This document shows, piece by piece, positions 39,813 to 49,542 of a stretch of DNA of 64,000 bases. Every line of letters begins with the position of its first letter. Within the stretch, counting starts at the first letter, position 1. Origin of the DNA: Bacteroidales bacterium (GTDB taxonomy: Bacteria > Bacteroidota > Bacteroidia > Bacteroidales > UBA11471); contig JAZURX010000022.1 of the NCBI GenBank assembly GCA_045606385.1, positions 11,112 to 75,111 on the forward strand. Direction: 5' to 3'. The notes beneath the pieces are model-generated. The model had not been told where the DNA came from and searched no databases. It saw only the letters and a program-made list of their open reading frames with translations. The translations under genes were made by a program, and so were the position numbers.

Positions 39813-39853
39813 GGTCACTTCATCCTTAAAGAGTTTGAAGTGACCTATTTTTG
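39813..39853 (+). terminator. Terminator-like hairpin whose tail also matches TAnnTTTG
   Basis: GGTCACTTCA / TGAAGTGACC 10-bp stem followed by TATTTTTG (39846-39853). Confidence 0.65.
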
Positions 39854-39865
39854 CAAAAAAATATC

Positions 39866-41287
39866 ATGAAAAAATTATTTTTATTGTGCGCTATTATGGC
39901 TCCGATATTGCTTTCGGCGCAAATTTCGTCGAAAGAGGTGTGGAAACAAGCTGCCAAAATCGAAAAAAACATAAAAAAGACATCATTCCCTAAAGCTACA
40001 TTTTGTATTACTGATTTTGGCGCTAAACCCAATACTCCCGATGCACCATGTCATGATGCCATCAATTTGGCTATAGTGACTTGTAATCAGTCCGGCGGTG
40101 GTACAGTTATTGTGCCTCAAGGTACGTTCTATACAGGACCTATTACACTCAAAAGTAATGTAAATTTTCATCTCCAAGAGGGTGCAGTGCTTAAATTTGA
40201 TACCAATCCCAAACTTTATGAACCGGCGGTGCTTACCCGCTGGGAAGGTCTCGATTGCTATAATCTGCATCCTTTGATTTATGCTTTTGGCGAGACCAAT
40301 ATCGCTATTACCGGTAAAGGAATCATCGATGGACAAGGTTCGCGTGAAACATGGTGGCCTATGTGTGGAGCCGCCCGCTATGGTTGGAAAGATGGTATGG
40401 TGGGACAAAATTGTGGAGGCCGTGCACGCTTATTGGCTTGGGGTGAATCGGGAGAACCTATCTACAAGCGTGTGTTTTCAGCTGAAGACGGTATGCGTCC
40501 GCAATTGGTAAATTTATATCGTTGTGATCGCGTGTTGGTCGAAGGTGTTACCATGCAAAACTCTCCTTTCTGGACTCTGCACCCCCTCTTCTGCAATAAT
40601 CTTATTGTTCGTGGTGTACACTTTGTAAATCAAGGCCCTAATGGTGACGGTTGCGATCCTGAGTCTTGTGATGGAGTGATTATTGAAGATTGTATTTTTG
40701 ATACCGGTGATGACTGTATAGCCATCAAAAGCGGACGCAATCGCGATGGACGTACTTGGGGCGTTCCCAGCCAGAAGATCATTGTGCGTAATTGCAAAAT
40801 GTATGATGGCCATGGTGGAGTTGTTGTAGGGAGCGAAATCTCAGGAGGTTACAAAAATCTCTTTGTCGAAAATTGTGAAATGGATAGCCCAAATCTCGAT
40901 CGTGTGATACGTATCAAAACAAGTAATTGCCGTGGAGGTATTGTCGAAAATATATTTGTACGTAATGTAAAAGTGGGTGTATGTCGAGAAGCTGTTCTCC
41001 GTATCAACTTGCAATACGAAAACAGAGAGATTTGCGACCGTAGTTATCCACCTGTTGTACGCAATGTTTTGTGCGAAAATATTGTTTGCAACGGTAGTAA
41101 GTTGGGTGTCTATTTTGTAGGTCTTGAGGGTAGCGATAATATTTACAATATCCAAGTTGATAATTGTGAATTTAATAACGTACAGAAAGGTCCGAAAGAT
41201 GGCCTTTATATCAAAGGGGGCATCAAAGATGTTCGTTTCAACAATCTTAAAATCAATGGTGAGGCGGTAGCATCACCCACGAAATAA
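39866..41287 (+). CDS. GH28 exo-polygalacturonase-like enzyme
   Basis: NGDG, GDD, GHGG and RIK motifs. Start moved to MKKLFLL (ATG 39866). Confidence 0.92.
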   Translation: MKKLFLLCAIMAPILLSAQISSKEVWKQAAKIEKNIKKTSFPKATFCITDFGAKPNTPDAPCHDAINLAIVTCNQSGGGTVIVPQGTFYTGPITLKSNVNFHLQEGAVLKFDTNPKLYEPAVLTRWEGLDCYNLHPLIYAFGETNIAITGKGIIDGQGSRETWWPMCGAARYGWKDGMVGQNCGGRARLLAWGESGEPIYKRVFSAEDGMRPQLVNLYRCDRVLVEGVTMQNSPFWTLHPLFCNNLIVRGVHFVNQGPNGDGCDPESCDGVIIEDCIFDTGDDCIAIKSGRNRDGRTWGVPSQKIIVRNCKMYDGHGGVVVGSEISGGYKNLFVENCEMDSPNLDRVIRIKTSNCRGGIVENIFVRNVKVGVCREAVLRINLQYENREICDRSYPPVVRNVLCENIVCNGSKLGVYFVGLEGSDNIYNIQVDNCEFNNVQKGPKDGLYIKGGIKDVRFNNLKINGEAVASPTK

Positions 41288-41293
41288 TACTTC

Positions 41294-41340
41294 AGAGATC
41301 CGCTTCGACTCAATATAGTTGGAGCGGATTTCTCTCTATT
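41294..41340 (+). terminator. Terminator-like hairpin after GH28
   Basis: AGAGATCCGCTTCGACT / AGTTGGAGCGGATTTCT stem with G-U pairs and a pyrimidine-rich tail. Confidence 0.7.
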
Positions 41341-41540
41341 TGCCAATAGCAAAATTTATACTTGTTTATATATCACAATTTTTCTTGAGCACCTCTTTTT
41401 TATTATTTGAAAAGAAACTACCCTCTTTTGCATTTGCTGAAAAATGCAGAAATAGCTCATTTATAAGTCGCATATTCTTATATCTCTTATTTTTTTAGCT
41501 GCTCCAAGTTCCTCAATAGTGTTAAATAAAATCGTTAAGC

Positions 41541-41605
41541 GTCAAAAAGTGTAGTATTAATGTCATTTCGCGCACGATTGTCGTAAGTGTTTACATTTAT
41601 CTTTG
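41541..41605 (+). promoter_or_regulatory. Candidate activator site (21-bp-phased direct repeat) plus -7 element for the SusC/D operon
   Basis: GTCAAAAA at 41541, GTCATTTC at 41562 and TATCTTTG at 41598-41605. Confidence 0.7.
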
Positions 41606-41646
41606 TACGAATTAAATTTATCGATATACTACGTAGTAAAATAACC

Positions 41647-43791
41647 ATGAAAAAATCTCTAATTTACTGTTTCTCGGTAACTTTAGCGATAGCTGTGTTC
41701 TCTTGTCAATCGCAAGGAGATGAGCCAATTAATAGAGAGCAAGTTGTCTCGAGAAATAATCCTGTCAATACCTCGTTCGACCCATTAGCCTCTTTGTCGG
41801 TCGGTAATGGAGAATTTGCTTTTACTGTCGATGCCACGGGGTTACAAACCTATCCCGAGTTGTATAGTGCCGGAGTCCCTCTGGGTACACAGTCGCAATG
41901 GGGGTGGCACTCCTTCGCAAATCCCGAGAATTATCGGTTTGAAGAGACTTTGAAACCTTATGATTTCAGAGGAAAAAAAGAATTGTATGCTGTACAGTTC
42001 AATGAAGATGGTCGCAATAAAGAAGCGGCCAACTGGTATCGTGTCAACCCGCATCGTCTTCATTTAGGAATTGTGGGTCTTGAAATGACTCATGCCGATG
42101 GTACGTCGGTAAAATCCGAAGAACTTGCGTCTGTAAACCAAACTCTTGATATGTGGAATGGTAATGTATGCAGCAGTTTTTCCCTCGATGGCGAAAATGT
42201 TGCTGTGCAGACAGCTTGTCATGGCACTTCCGATATTGTAGGAGCATCTGTTTCATCACCTCTTATTGCTTCGGGTAGAGTAGGGGTAAAACTCTGTTTT
42301 CCTTATCCTACCGGAAAACATTCCGATGATGCATGCGATTGGAATTCGCCAGCAAAACACAAAACTCAGATTGTAGAGCAAAATGATACATCGGCTCTCT
42401 TCTGTCGCTCACTCGATGCTACAACATATTATGTACGTCTCGCATGGATCGGTGATGCTCGTCTTTCGAAAAAAGACAATCATTACTATGTGCTTACTTC
42501 GACCTCGGGCGATAATCTCTCGTTTACATGCGAATTTTTACCTGCAAAACCGGTCGTTCAGCCTTTTGATTTCTCGACCGTATTGGCAAGTGCCAAGGAG
42601 CGTTGGAATACGCATTGGAGCAATGGCGGTATCATAGATTTCTCACACTGCAAAGACCCGCGTGCGAAAGAACTTGAGCGTCGTGTTGTGCTTTCACAAT
42701 ACCTTATGACCATACAATGTTCCGGTTCAGTGCCTCCGCAAGAAACCGGTCTTACATATAATAGCTGGTTTGGTAAATTCCATCTCGAAATGCACTGGTG
42801 GCATACTGTACATTTTGCATTGTGGGGTCGTCCAGAATTGATGGAAAAAAGTCTTGGATGGTATAAGGATTCTGCATTCGAGAATGCCCGTAGCATTGCT
42901 CAACGCCAGGGGTTTGATGGCGTGCGTTGGATGAAAATGACCGATCCTTCATCGACCGAAGCTCCATCAAAAGTGGGCTCATTCCTTATTTGGCAGCAAC
43001 CTCACTTTATATATATGGCCGAATTGGCTTATCGTGCCAATCCTACCGATGAAACTCTTAATAAGTACAAAGATTTGGTCGCTGCAACTGCCGACTTTAT
43101 GTTCTCATTTGCCGACTATGAGCAACTCGAAGGTCGCTATGTGCTCAAAGGCGCTATCCCGGCACAAGAGACTTTGCGCGCTGCCGAAACTGTAAATCCT
43201 CCTTTCGAACTTTCGTATTGGCACTATGCTATAAGTGTGGCACAAAAGTGGCGTGAACGTCAAGGTTTGCGTCGTAACCTCGAGTGGGACGAGATGCTCG
43301 ATAAACTTTCTCCTCTTGCTCATCAAGATGGCCTCTATCTTGCAGCAGAGACCGCTACCGATACCTACAAAGATATTCGTTACACATCGGATCATATGGC
43401 TGTGCTTGGCGCCTATGGTATATTACCCAAATGTCCGCTCGTGCGTGAAGATATTATGCAAAATACCCTCGATTGGGTGTGGAATAATTGGAACTGGGGT
43501 AAAACTTGGGGTTGGGACTTTGCTATGACAGCCATGAACGCTGCCCGTCTTGGCGATACTGAAAAGGCTGTCGGTGCATTACTTATGGAAAAACGTACTA
43601 ATACGTATCTGCCCAATGGTCACAACTATCAAGATACCCGTCTGCGTGTATATCTCCCCGGCAATGGAGGTCTCCTTACTACGGTGGCAATGATGTGCGC
43701 CGGTTGGGACGGTAGTAAAGGTGTCAATCCTGGATTCCCGAAAGATGGTAATTGGGACGTTCGTTGGGAAGGACTTAAACCTATGCCATAA
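41647..43791 (+). CDS. Uncharacterised six-hairpin glycosidase-like lipoprotein (GH65/GH95-like fold)
   Basis: Lipobox VFS-C; LSVGNGEFAFT, ELERRVVLSQY, WFGKFHLEM, IPAQE, WGWD and YLPGNGGLL. Start moved to ATG 41647. Confidence 0.7.
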   Translation: MKKSLIYCFSVTLAIAVFSCQSQGDEPINREQVVSRNNPVNTSFDPLASLSVGNGEFAFTVDATGLQTYPELYSAGVPLGTQSQWGWHSFANPENYRFEETLKPYDFRGKKELYAVQFNEDGRNKEAANWYRVNPHRLHLGIVGLEMTHADGTSVKSEELASVNQTLDMWNGNVCSSFSLDGENVAVQTACHGTSDIVGASVSSPLIASGRVGVKLCFPYPTGKHSDDACDWNSPAKHKTQIVEQNDTSALFCRSLDATTYYVRLAWIGDARLSKKDNHYYVLTSTSGDNLSFTCEFLPAKPVVQPFDFSTVLASAKERWNTHWSNGGIIDFSHCKDPRAKELERRVVLSQYLMTIQCSGSVPPQETGLTYNSWFGKFHLEMHWWHTVHFALWGRPELMEKSLGWYKDSAFENARSIAQRQGFDGVRWMKMTDPSSTEAPSKVGSFLIWQQPHFIYMAELAYRANPTDETLNKYKDLVAATADFMFSFADYEQLEGRYVLKGAIPAQETLRAAETVNPPFELSYWHYAISVAQKWRERQGLRRNLEWDEMLDKLSPLAHQDGLYLAAETATDTYKDIRYTSDHMAVLGAYGILPKCPLVREDIMQNTLDWVWNNWNWGKTWGWDFAMTAMNAARLGDTEKAVGALLMEKRTNTYLPNGHNYQDTRLRVYLPGNGGLLTTVAMMCAGWDGSKGVNPGFPKDGNWDVRWEGLKPMP

Positions 43792-43837
43792 AATCGAAAA
43801 TATAATAAACAATATATATATAAAACTGCGAAGTATT

Positions 43838-46222
43838 ATGAAAAAATGGACTAATCTGTTAGCCTCCGCATTTCTACTAATCTTCGTTTCCTGCAACGAA
43901 ATGGATAAATATTATGAGAATGATCGCCATTCTACATCTGTTTCGGTGGGGAATGCTTGGGATTATCTTGCGGAGCAAGGCAATTTCACCAACTTCTTGG
44001 CCGCTGTCGAAAAGACCGGATACAAATCGTTGGTAAGTGGAACAGGTCTTGCGACAATCTTTGCTCCAGATGATGCAGCGTTTGCCAAATGGCTCACCAA
44101 GCATGGGTATGGCTCTATTGATGCAGTTCCTGCCGACACTCTCGACAATGTGATTACCTATCACTTGCTCTATTATGCATTCAATCCCGACCGATTTATG
44201 GCATACAGCCCTGATGGTGTCGATTCTGACGATGCATATATCGGACTATATCACAAGTATCGTACCAAAAGTCGCGATGCTTTCGATGTGATATATGACC
44301 CGTCGGCAGGTAAAGATCGTAAAATTTATCGTTACGAAAAGTTCGTTCCGGTGTTAACTCCTAACCTATATCAACATTATTTCTATACAGGTTCCACCGG
44401 TAAGGCCAACTACGATTATTTCTTCGGAGAAGGCTTGTGGCAAGGCGATGATTGGGTGCTTGGAAACGAACCTTATTTCCGCATTGCCAATGCCGGCGTA
44501 AAAGAATACGGTATCATTACCGATAACGGTTACGTATATATTCTCGACGAGGTGGTAGAACCGCTCAAAACAATTTATCAGGCAATGAGCGAAAACGACA
44601 ACTATTCACTCTTTACTGCTGCATACGACCGTTTTATCGACTTACTTTACGACGAGAACTATTCGCAAAATTACAATAATAGTGACTCTATCTTTATTTA
44701 TAACCATGTAGGTTTGCCCTCTATCGCTCGCGAATGGATGGTAACAGAACCTTCATGGCTCGATTACCTCTCTCGTCAGTCGCATACAATATTTGCCCCC
44801 TCAAACGAGGCATTGCAGGCATTCTTCAATACCTATTGGGCTGCTTACTATGAGAGCATCGAAGATGTGAAATATACACCTCTTATGGCTCTTATGGGTG
44901 AGCAGGTAGGTTTCCATCGTCTGTATGGCGAAAATTCTTTGGCTCTTCCTACCGAGCTCGATAAGGGCAATGTTGTAACCGGTATCAGTCGCACTCCCGT
45001 TGAAATCAATTCACAAAGCGATGTGATTACAAGTGACTTCTGCTCCAACGGTATTCTTTATGGTGTAAATGAACTGGTAGCTGTGCCAAAATACTTCTCG
45101 TATGTTACAGCTCCGGCTTTTATGAATCCGGCCTATAACATGTTCCTGCTATTGATGACCAAGGCCGGCCTACTCGACCTTTATACTGCCGAGAATCGTG
45201 AGTTCCATGTATTCTATCCGTCGGACGAAATGATGAAAAATACCACCATCGATGGTGAAAATCTCATTTATGAAAATCCCCGTCCTTATACTTATGGCTA
45301 TGAAGATGTAACATTCTCCGATGGTGAAGGTACTGTGTCTGTAAATCGCTCGCATGCCGCTCGCATTGTGCGTAGTAACATTAGCGACAAGGTGATAGAG
45401 GTACAAGGTAGCGACGAAAAGATTTTCAAAACCACTTATGAGTCGTTCAACTATCTCTATATGAAAGGCGACAGCCTCTTCTCTACGGCTACCTATAATC
45501 AGCATTTCGGCCGTCGCGACGACGATTATTTCGATATGGTGACTGTTACCGAAATAACCAATACGGTTCCCGAAGTGAAAAACGGTCACGTTTACGCAAT
45601 GGAAGGTCAGCGTATGGCCGATGGTCGTACGATGGCTTCGGCTATGGCTCCGGAAACCTATCAGTTCTCGGCTATCGATGTCAATCAGTCTCTATTGCCT
45701 TGGGAATTACTCGATATCACAAATGGCGCTCGTAATTTCTACAATACAGGTATCAATACATCGCTCAATGACTCTACCGGTCACCTCGACGTGTTTGAAA
45801 CCATCAAGAAAATCGACGGTGTCTCATCAAATGGTAAATTGCCCCGTTACATCGTATTTGCGCTTGACAATGCGGCTACTACTGCCGGATATACTGATAA
45901 AATATTTGTGCAAGGTCGTAACCCGGTGTTCAAACGTTATATGCCCAACCTCTTTGTGTCGGTAAATCGCAGCCGTCTCTTTGAATATCCGTTCCCCGGT
46001 GATGGTCTCGGTACTCGTATTCTGCAAACCTACAAGCAAAATGCAGAGGGTGAATTCTCGACCATACAACTCGACGATATGGGTACACACCTGCAACTCA
46101 CCGATAGTAAGGGTCGTACCGCCAAAGTGGTGAACTCGTTCCCCTATATATATAGTGATTGCGCAATATATATTATCGACAATTATCTCGATTTCGGTGA
46201 TGAGTTCAACAAAGTTCAATAA
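43838..46222 (+). CDS. Multi-fasciclin (FAS1) domain lipoprotein
   Basis: Lipobox FVS-C with acidic residues after Cys. H1/H2-like pairs TIFAPDDAAF/NGYVYILDEV, TIFAPSNEAL/NGILYGVNEL, VFYPSDE/NGHVY and IVFALDN/IYIIDNYL. Start ATG 43838. Confidence 0.8.
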   Translation: MKKWTNLLASAFLLIFVSCNEMDKYYENDRHSTSVSVGNAWDYLAEQGNFTNFLAAVEKTGYKSLVSGTGLATIFAPDDAAFAKWLTKHGYGSIDAVPADTLDNVITYHLLYYAFNPDRFMAYSPDGVDSDDAYIGLYHKYRTKSRDAFDVIYDPSAGKDRKIYRYEKFVPVLTPNLYQHYFYTGSTGKANYDYFFGEGLWQGDDWVLGNEPYFRIANAGVKEYGIITDNGYVYILDEVVEPLKTIYQAMSENDNYSLFTAAYDRFIDLLYDENYSQNYNNSDSIFIYNHVGLPSIAREWMVTEPSWLDYLSRQSHTIFAPSNEALQAFFNTYWAAYYESIEDVKYTPLMALMGEQVGFHRLYGENSLALPTELDKGNVVTGISRTPVEINSQSDVITSDFCSNGILYGVNELVAVPKYFSYVTAPAFMNPAYNMFLLLMTKAGLLDLYTAENREFHVFYPSDEMMKNTTIDGENLIYENPRPYTYGYEDVTFSDGEGTVSVNRSHAARIVRSNISDKVIEVQGSDEKIFKTTYESFNYLYMKGDSLFSTATYNQHFGRRDDDYFDMVTVTEITNTVPEVKNGHVYAMEGQRMADGRTMASAMAPETYQFSAIDVNQSLLPWELLDITNGARNFYNTGINTSLNDSTGHLDVFETIKKIDGVSSNGKLPRYIVFALDNAATTAGYTDKIFVQGRNPVFKRYMPNLFVSVNRSRLFEYPFPGDGLGTRILQTYKQNAEGEFSTIQLDDMGTHLQLTDSKGRTAKVVNSFPYIYSDCAIYIIDNYLDFGDEFNKVQ

Positions 46223-46246
46223 GAATAATACAACAATATATACGCT

Positions 46247-49200
46247 ATGAAAATAACACGGAAAATATACCTGCTATTAGTCGCATTTGTTGTCTCTCAG
46301 GCAATGGCGGCGCAGTCGGTACTGACCGGTAAGGTATTGGAAAGAGCATCGGGCGAGCCTCTTGCCGGTGCCAGCGTTTTTGTGCAGAACAAAGACGACC
46401 GTACTTTGGCGAGTGTACTTGTCGATGCAAATGGTGAGTACCGTATAAAAGTACCTAATGAACAGAATCTCGTGATTAATTTCTCGTTTATCGGCTGCAA
46501 AACCGAAATCGTGAAATACACTGGACAAAAAGTAATTAATATTTCTCTCTCGGAAGACAGCCATGAGCTTGAGGCTGTTGAAGTATCGGCCAAGCGTGTA
46601 GAGAAAAATGCCATGGGTCTCACTCCGCGTGAAGAACTTGGTGCCGTACAACGTATGAGCATGGAGGGTCTCGAAACAGCGCCGGTTACCTCTGTAGCCG
46701 AGGCTCTGCAAGGTGCCCTATCCAATGTTGATATTGTGACCGGTGCCGACCCGGGTTCCAACTCGACTATCCGTATTCGTGGTACTCAGTCACTCAATGC
46801 GAGTGCCGACCCGCTTATCGTTGTCGACGGCGTGCCTTTCCCTGTCAATACCGACGACTTTGATTTTGCTTCGGCTTCGACCGACGACTATTCCCAACTC
46901 CTCGATATTTCGCCTGCAGACATTGAATCTATCGAAGTATTGAAAGATGCTCAAGCTACCATTCTTTGGGGTTCGAAGGGTGCCAACGGTGTTTTGGAAA
47001 TCAAAACCAAAAAAGGTGCAAAAGGTAAAATATCATTTACTTTCAATACCAATGCCGAAGTGAAGAAAGAGTCGAGTACATATCCTTTGCTCAAATCTTC
47101 TCAATATGTGTCGTTGTTGCAAGACGCTCTTTGGAACTCTATCAACGACCTCGGTGCGAATGATGCCAAGGTTATCGGTAATACCGGTTATATGGCGCTC
47201 CTCGAAAGCGATGAAATCAATTTCAATCCCGGCTCTTTGCTCTTCAATGAGTATAATGTCGATACCGATTGGCTCGATGAGGTTTCTCGCATCGGTTATG
47301 TAATAGATAACAACTTCTCGATGTCGGGTGGTGGTGACAAAGCAACCTATCGTCTCTCACTCGGTTACCTCAATGAAAAAGGTACAACCATCGGTACAGA
47401 TATTCAACGTTTCTCAACCCGCTTCAATATGAAGTATAACTTCTCGAAGAAACTTGATATTACCACCGACTTCTCGTTTACCTACAACATTCGTAACCTC
47501 AATTATGACGGTAACAAAATCTCTACTCCGCGTGGTATGGCAATGAACAAGATGCCACAAGAGAGTCCATACGTAATGACTGCTGATGGCAGTGCGCGTA
47601 CCGACACATATTTCACTCCCTACGATGATTTCGGTATGACCTTTGTGGATAACAAAAACTACAATCCTGTGGCTCTTGTGAATGAGGCTGAGAATCGTCT
47701 CGACTCTTATTCTACACGTCTTACGTTTACATTGCATTATCAAATATTGCCTTCGTTGAACTATTTCGGTACTGTAGCTCTTACCGCCGACAACAAACGT
47801 ACTGCCACTTACCTCCCCAATGAGGTTACCGGTGTGCCTTGGGTCGATGCTTCAGGTCTTACAAATGCCAACTCCTGGTACAATCGCAGCACCGATGATG
47901 CTTCGGACCAACTCTATCTCTATACCGAAAATAGATTGGTTTTCAATCAAACATTCAACGAAATACACCGATTGGTGGCATCGGGTATCCTTCAAATAGA
48001 GAATACCTCTAAGACTTCATACAGTACTGCCACAGCGGGTAATGCGTCGTACTATCTTTCCGACCCCTCTACAGGCGGCTATATCGTGTCATTCGGTAGT
48101 GGCGAGTCGACCTATCGCGAAATGTCGGCCAACTTCTCGGCTCAGTATATTTTGATGGATCGTTACATGTTCAATGCAGCGTTCCGCGCTGAGGCCAACT
48201 CCAACCTGCCTGTACAAAATCGTTGGGGTAAGTTCCCCACCGTTGGTTTCGGTTGGTTGTGGGGCGATGAAGAGTTTATGAGAAATCAGAACCTCATCTC
48301 TCTCGGTAAATTGCGTTTCAGTTGGGGACAAACAGGTAAAGGTCCCGGTTCATATATCGGTCAATTCAAAGCCGATGCAAGCGGATATATGGATATGGGT
48401 TCGATTTATCCCTCTACTATACAGCTCGATAACGTAACTTACGAGGTAGTTGACAAATGGAATCTCGGTCTTGACCTCGGTATGTGGAATGACCGTGTGG
48501 CATTTACTGTCGATCTCTACAAAAACGTTACTAACAATCTGTTGCAAAAGAATATGAAATTACCGACATCTACCGGTTTCTCCAAAATTTCATATTTCAA
48601 TTCGGGTCAGATGACCAACCGTGGTTGGGAGTTCCGTGTAGACCTCAATAATATCGTAAAAACCAAAAATTGGTCATTCAATTTCTCTTTCAACATCTCG
48701 CAAAACGAGAATAAAGTAAATTCACTTCCTGCCAACCTCGATATGGAGAACTATACCTTCGGTAATGGTAATTATGCCTATCTTGTAATGGCCGGCAACC
48801 CGCTCGGTTCTTTCTATGGTTATCGTTACAAAGGTGTATACCAAAATGTAAACGATACATACGCTCGTGATACCAAAGGTAACATCATCTATGATATTGA
48901 TGGCAAACCTGTGATTACCAAAAACGGAAGTTATGTATGTCGTCCCGGTGATGCTAAATATGAAGATATCAACGGTGACGGTGTTATCAACGTAAACGAT
49001 GTAGTTTATCTTGGTAACTACAACCCCAAAATTATCGGTGGTTTCAATTTCCGCTTGGCTTATAAAACATGGCAACTCTCGGCCAACTTCCAAGGTCGTG
49101 TAGGTCAGAAAGTTTATAACCAGACTCGTTATAATTCGGAAACCATGCGCGGTAAAAACAACCAAAGTACTGCTACCTTGCGTCGTTGGCGCAACGAGGG

Positions 49201-49531
49201 TGACGTGACCGATATACCTCGCGCTCTCTACAACGAAGGATACAACTCACTTGGTTCGGACCGATATATCGAAGATGCATCGTTCTTGCGTATGAAGACT
49301 TTGACCTTGAAATATGGTCTTCCCAAAAATATTGTGAAGAAAATGCACATGACAGCATTCGACCTTTACATTACCGCATACGATCTCCTTACATTCACCA
49401 ACTATTCGGGTCAGGACCCTGAGGTGAGCGAGAAGAAAATGGACGATAGCGGACTTGTACGTCTTGCTGTCGATGGAGCTTCTACACCGAAGCCTATCCG
49501 TGTGAAATTTGGTATTAACCTCAGATTCTAA
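46247..49531 (+). CDS. SusC/RagA family TonB-dependent transporter
   Basis: N-terminal extension (GKVLERASGEPLAGASV), plug DIESIEVLKDA..WGSKGANGVLEIKTKKG, SDRYIEDASFLR and C-terminal Phe. Confidence 0.96.
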   Translation: MKITRKIYLLLVAFVVSQAMAAQSVLTGKVLERASGEPLAGASVFVQNKDDRTLASVLVDANGEYRIKVPNEQNLVINFSFIGCKTEIVKYTGQKVINISLSEDSHELEAVEVSAKRVEKNAMGLTPREELGAVQRMSMEGLETAPVTSVAEALQGALSNVDIVTGADPGSNSTIRIRGTQSLNASADPLIVVDGVPFPVNTDDFDFASASTDDYSQLLDISPADIESIEVLKDAQATILWGSKGANGVLEIKTKKGAKGKISFTFNTNAEVKKESSTYPLLKSSQYVSLLQDALWNSINDLGANDAKVIGNTGYMALLESDEINFNPGSLLFNEYNVDTDWLDEVSRIGYVIDNNFSMSGGGDKATYRLSLGYLNEKGTTIGTDIQRFSTRFNMKYNFSKKLDITTDFSFTYNIRNLNYDGNKISTPRGMAMNKMPQESPYVMTADGSARTDTYFTPYDDFGMTFVDNKNYNPVALVNEAENRLDSYSTRLTFTLHYQILPSLNYFGTVALTADNKRTATYLPNEVTGVPWVDASGLTNANSWYNRSTDDASDQLYLYTENRLVFNQTFNEIHRLVASGILQIENTSKTSYSTATAGNASYYLSDPSTGGYIVSFGSGESTYREMSANFSAQYILMDRYMFNAAFRAEANSNLPVQNRWGKFPTVGFGWLWGDEEFMRNQNLISLGKLRFSWGQTGKGPGSYIGQFKADASGYMDMGSIYPSTIQLDNVTYEVVDKWNLGLDLGMWNDRVAFTVDLYKNVTNNLLQKNMKLPTSTGFSKISYFNSGQMTNRGWEFRVDLNNIVKTKNWSFNFSFNISQNENKVNSLPANLDMENYTFGNGNYAYLVMAGNPLGSFYGYRYKGVYQNVNDTYARDTKGNIIYDIDGKPVITKNGSYVCRPGDAKYEDINGDGVINVNDVVYLGNYNPKIIGGFNFRLAYKTWQLSANFQGRVGQKVYNQTRYNSETMRGKNNQSTATLRRWRNEGDVTDIPRALYNEGYNSLGSDRYIEDASFLRMKTLTLKYGLPKNIVKKMHMTAFDLYITAYDLLTFTNYSGQDPEVSEKKMDDSGLVRLAVDGASTPKPIRVKFGINLRF

Positions 49532-49542
49532 TTACTGCCGAT

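Noticed and set aside
39791-39821. GTCA pair upstream of the second GH28 as a regulon motif
   Set aside because: Spacing is 23 bp and the offset from the -7-like element is wrong. One copy is inside the GH105 coding sequence and the other is a hairpin arm.
43812-43822. Short (AT)n run, and A-runs before several start codons
   Set aside because: Ordinary AT-rich Bacteroidetes translation-initiation regions; too short to call contingency repeats.
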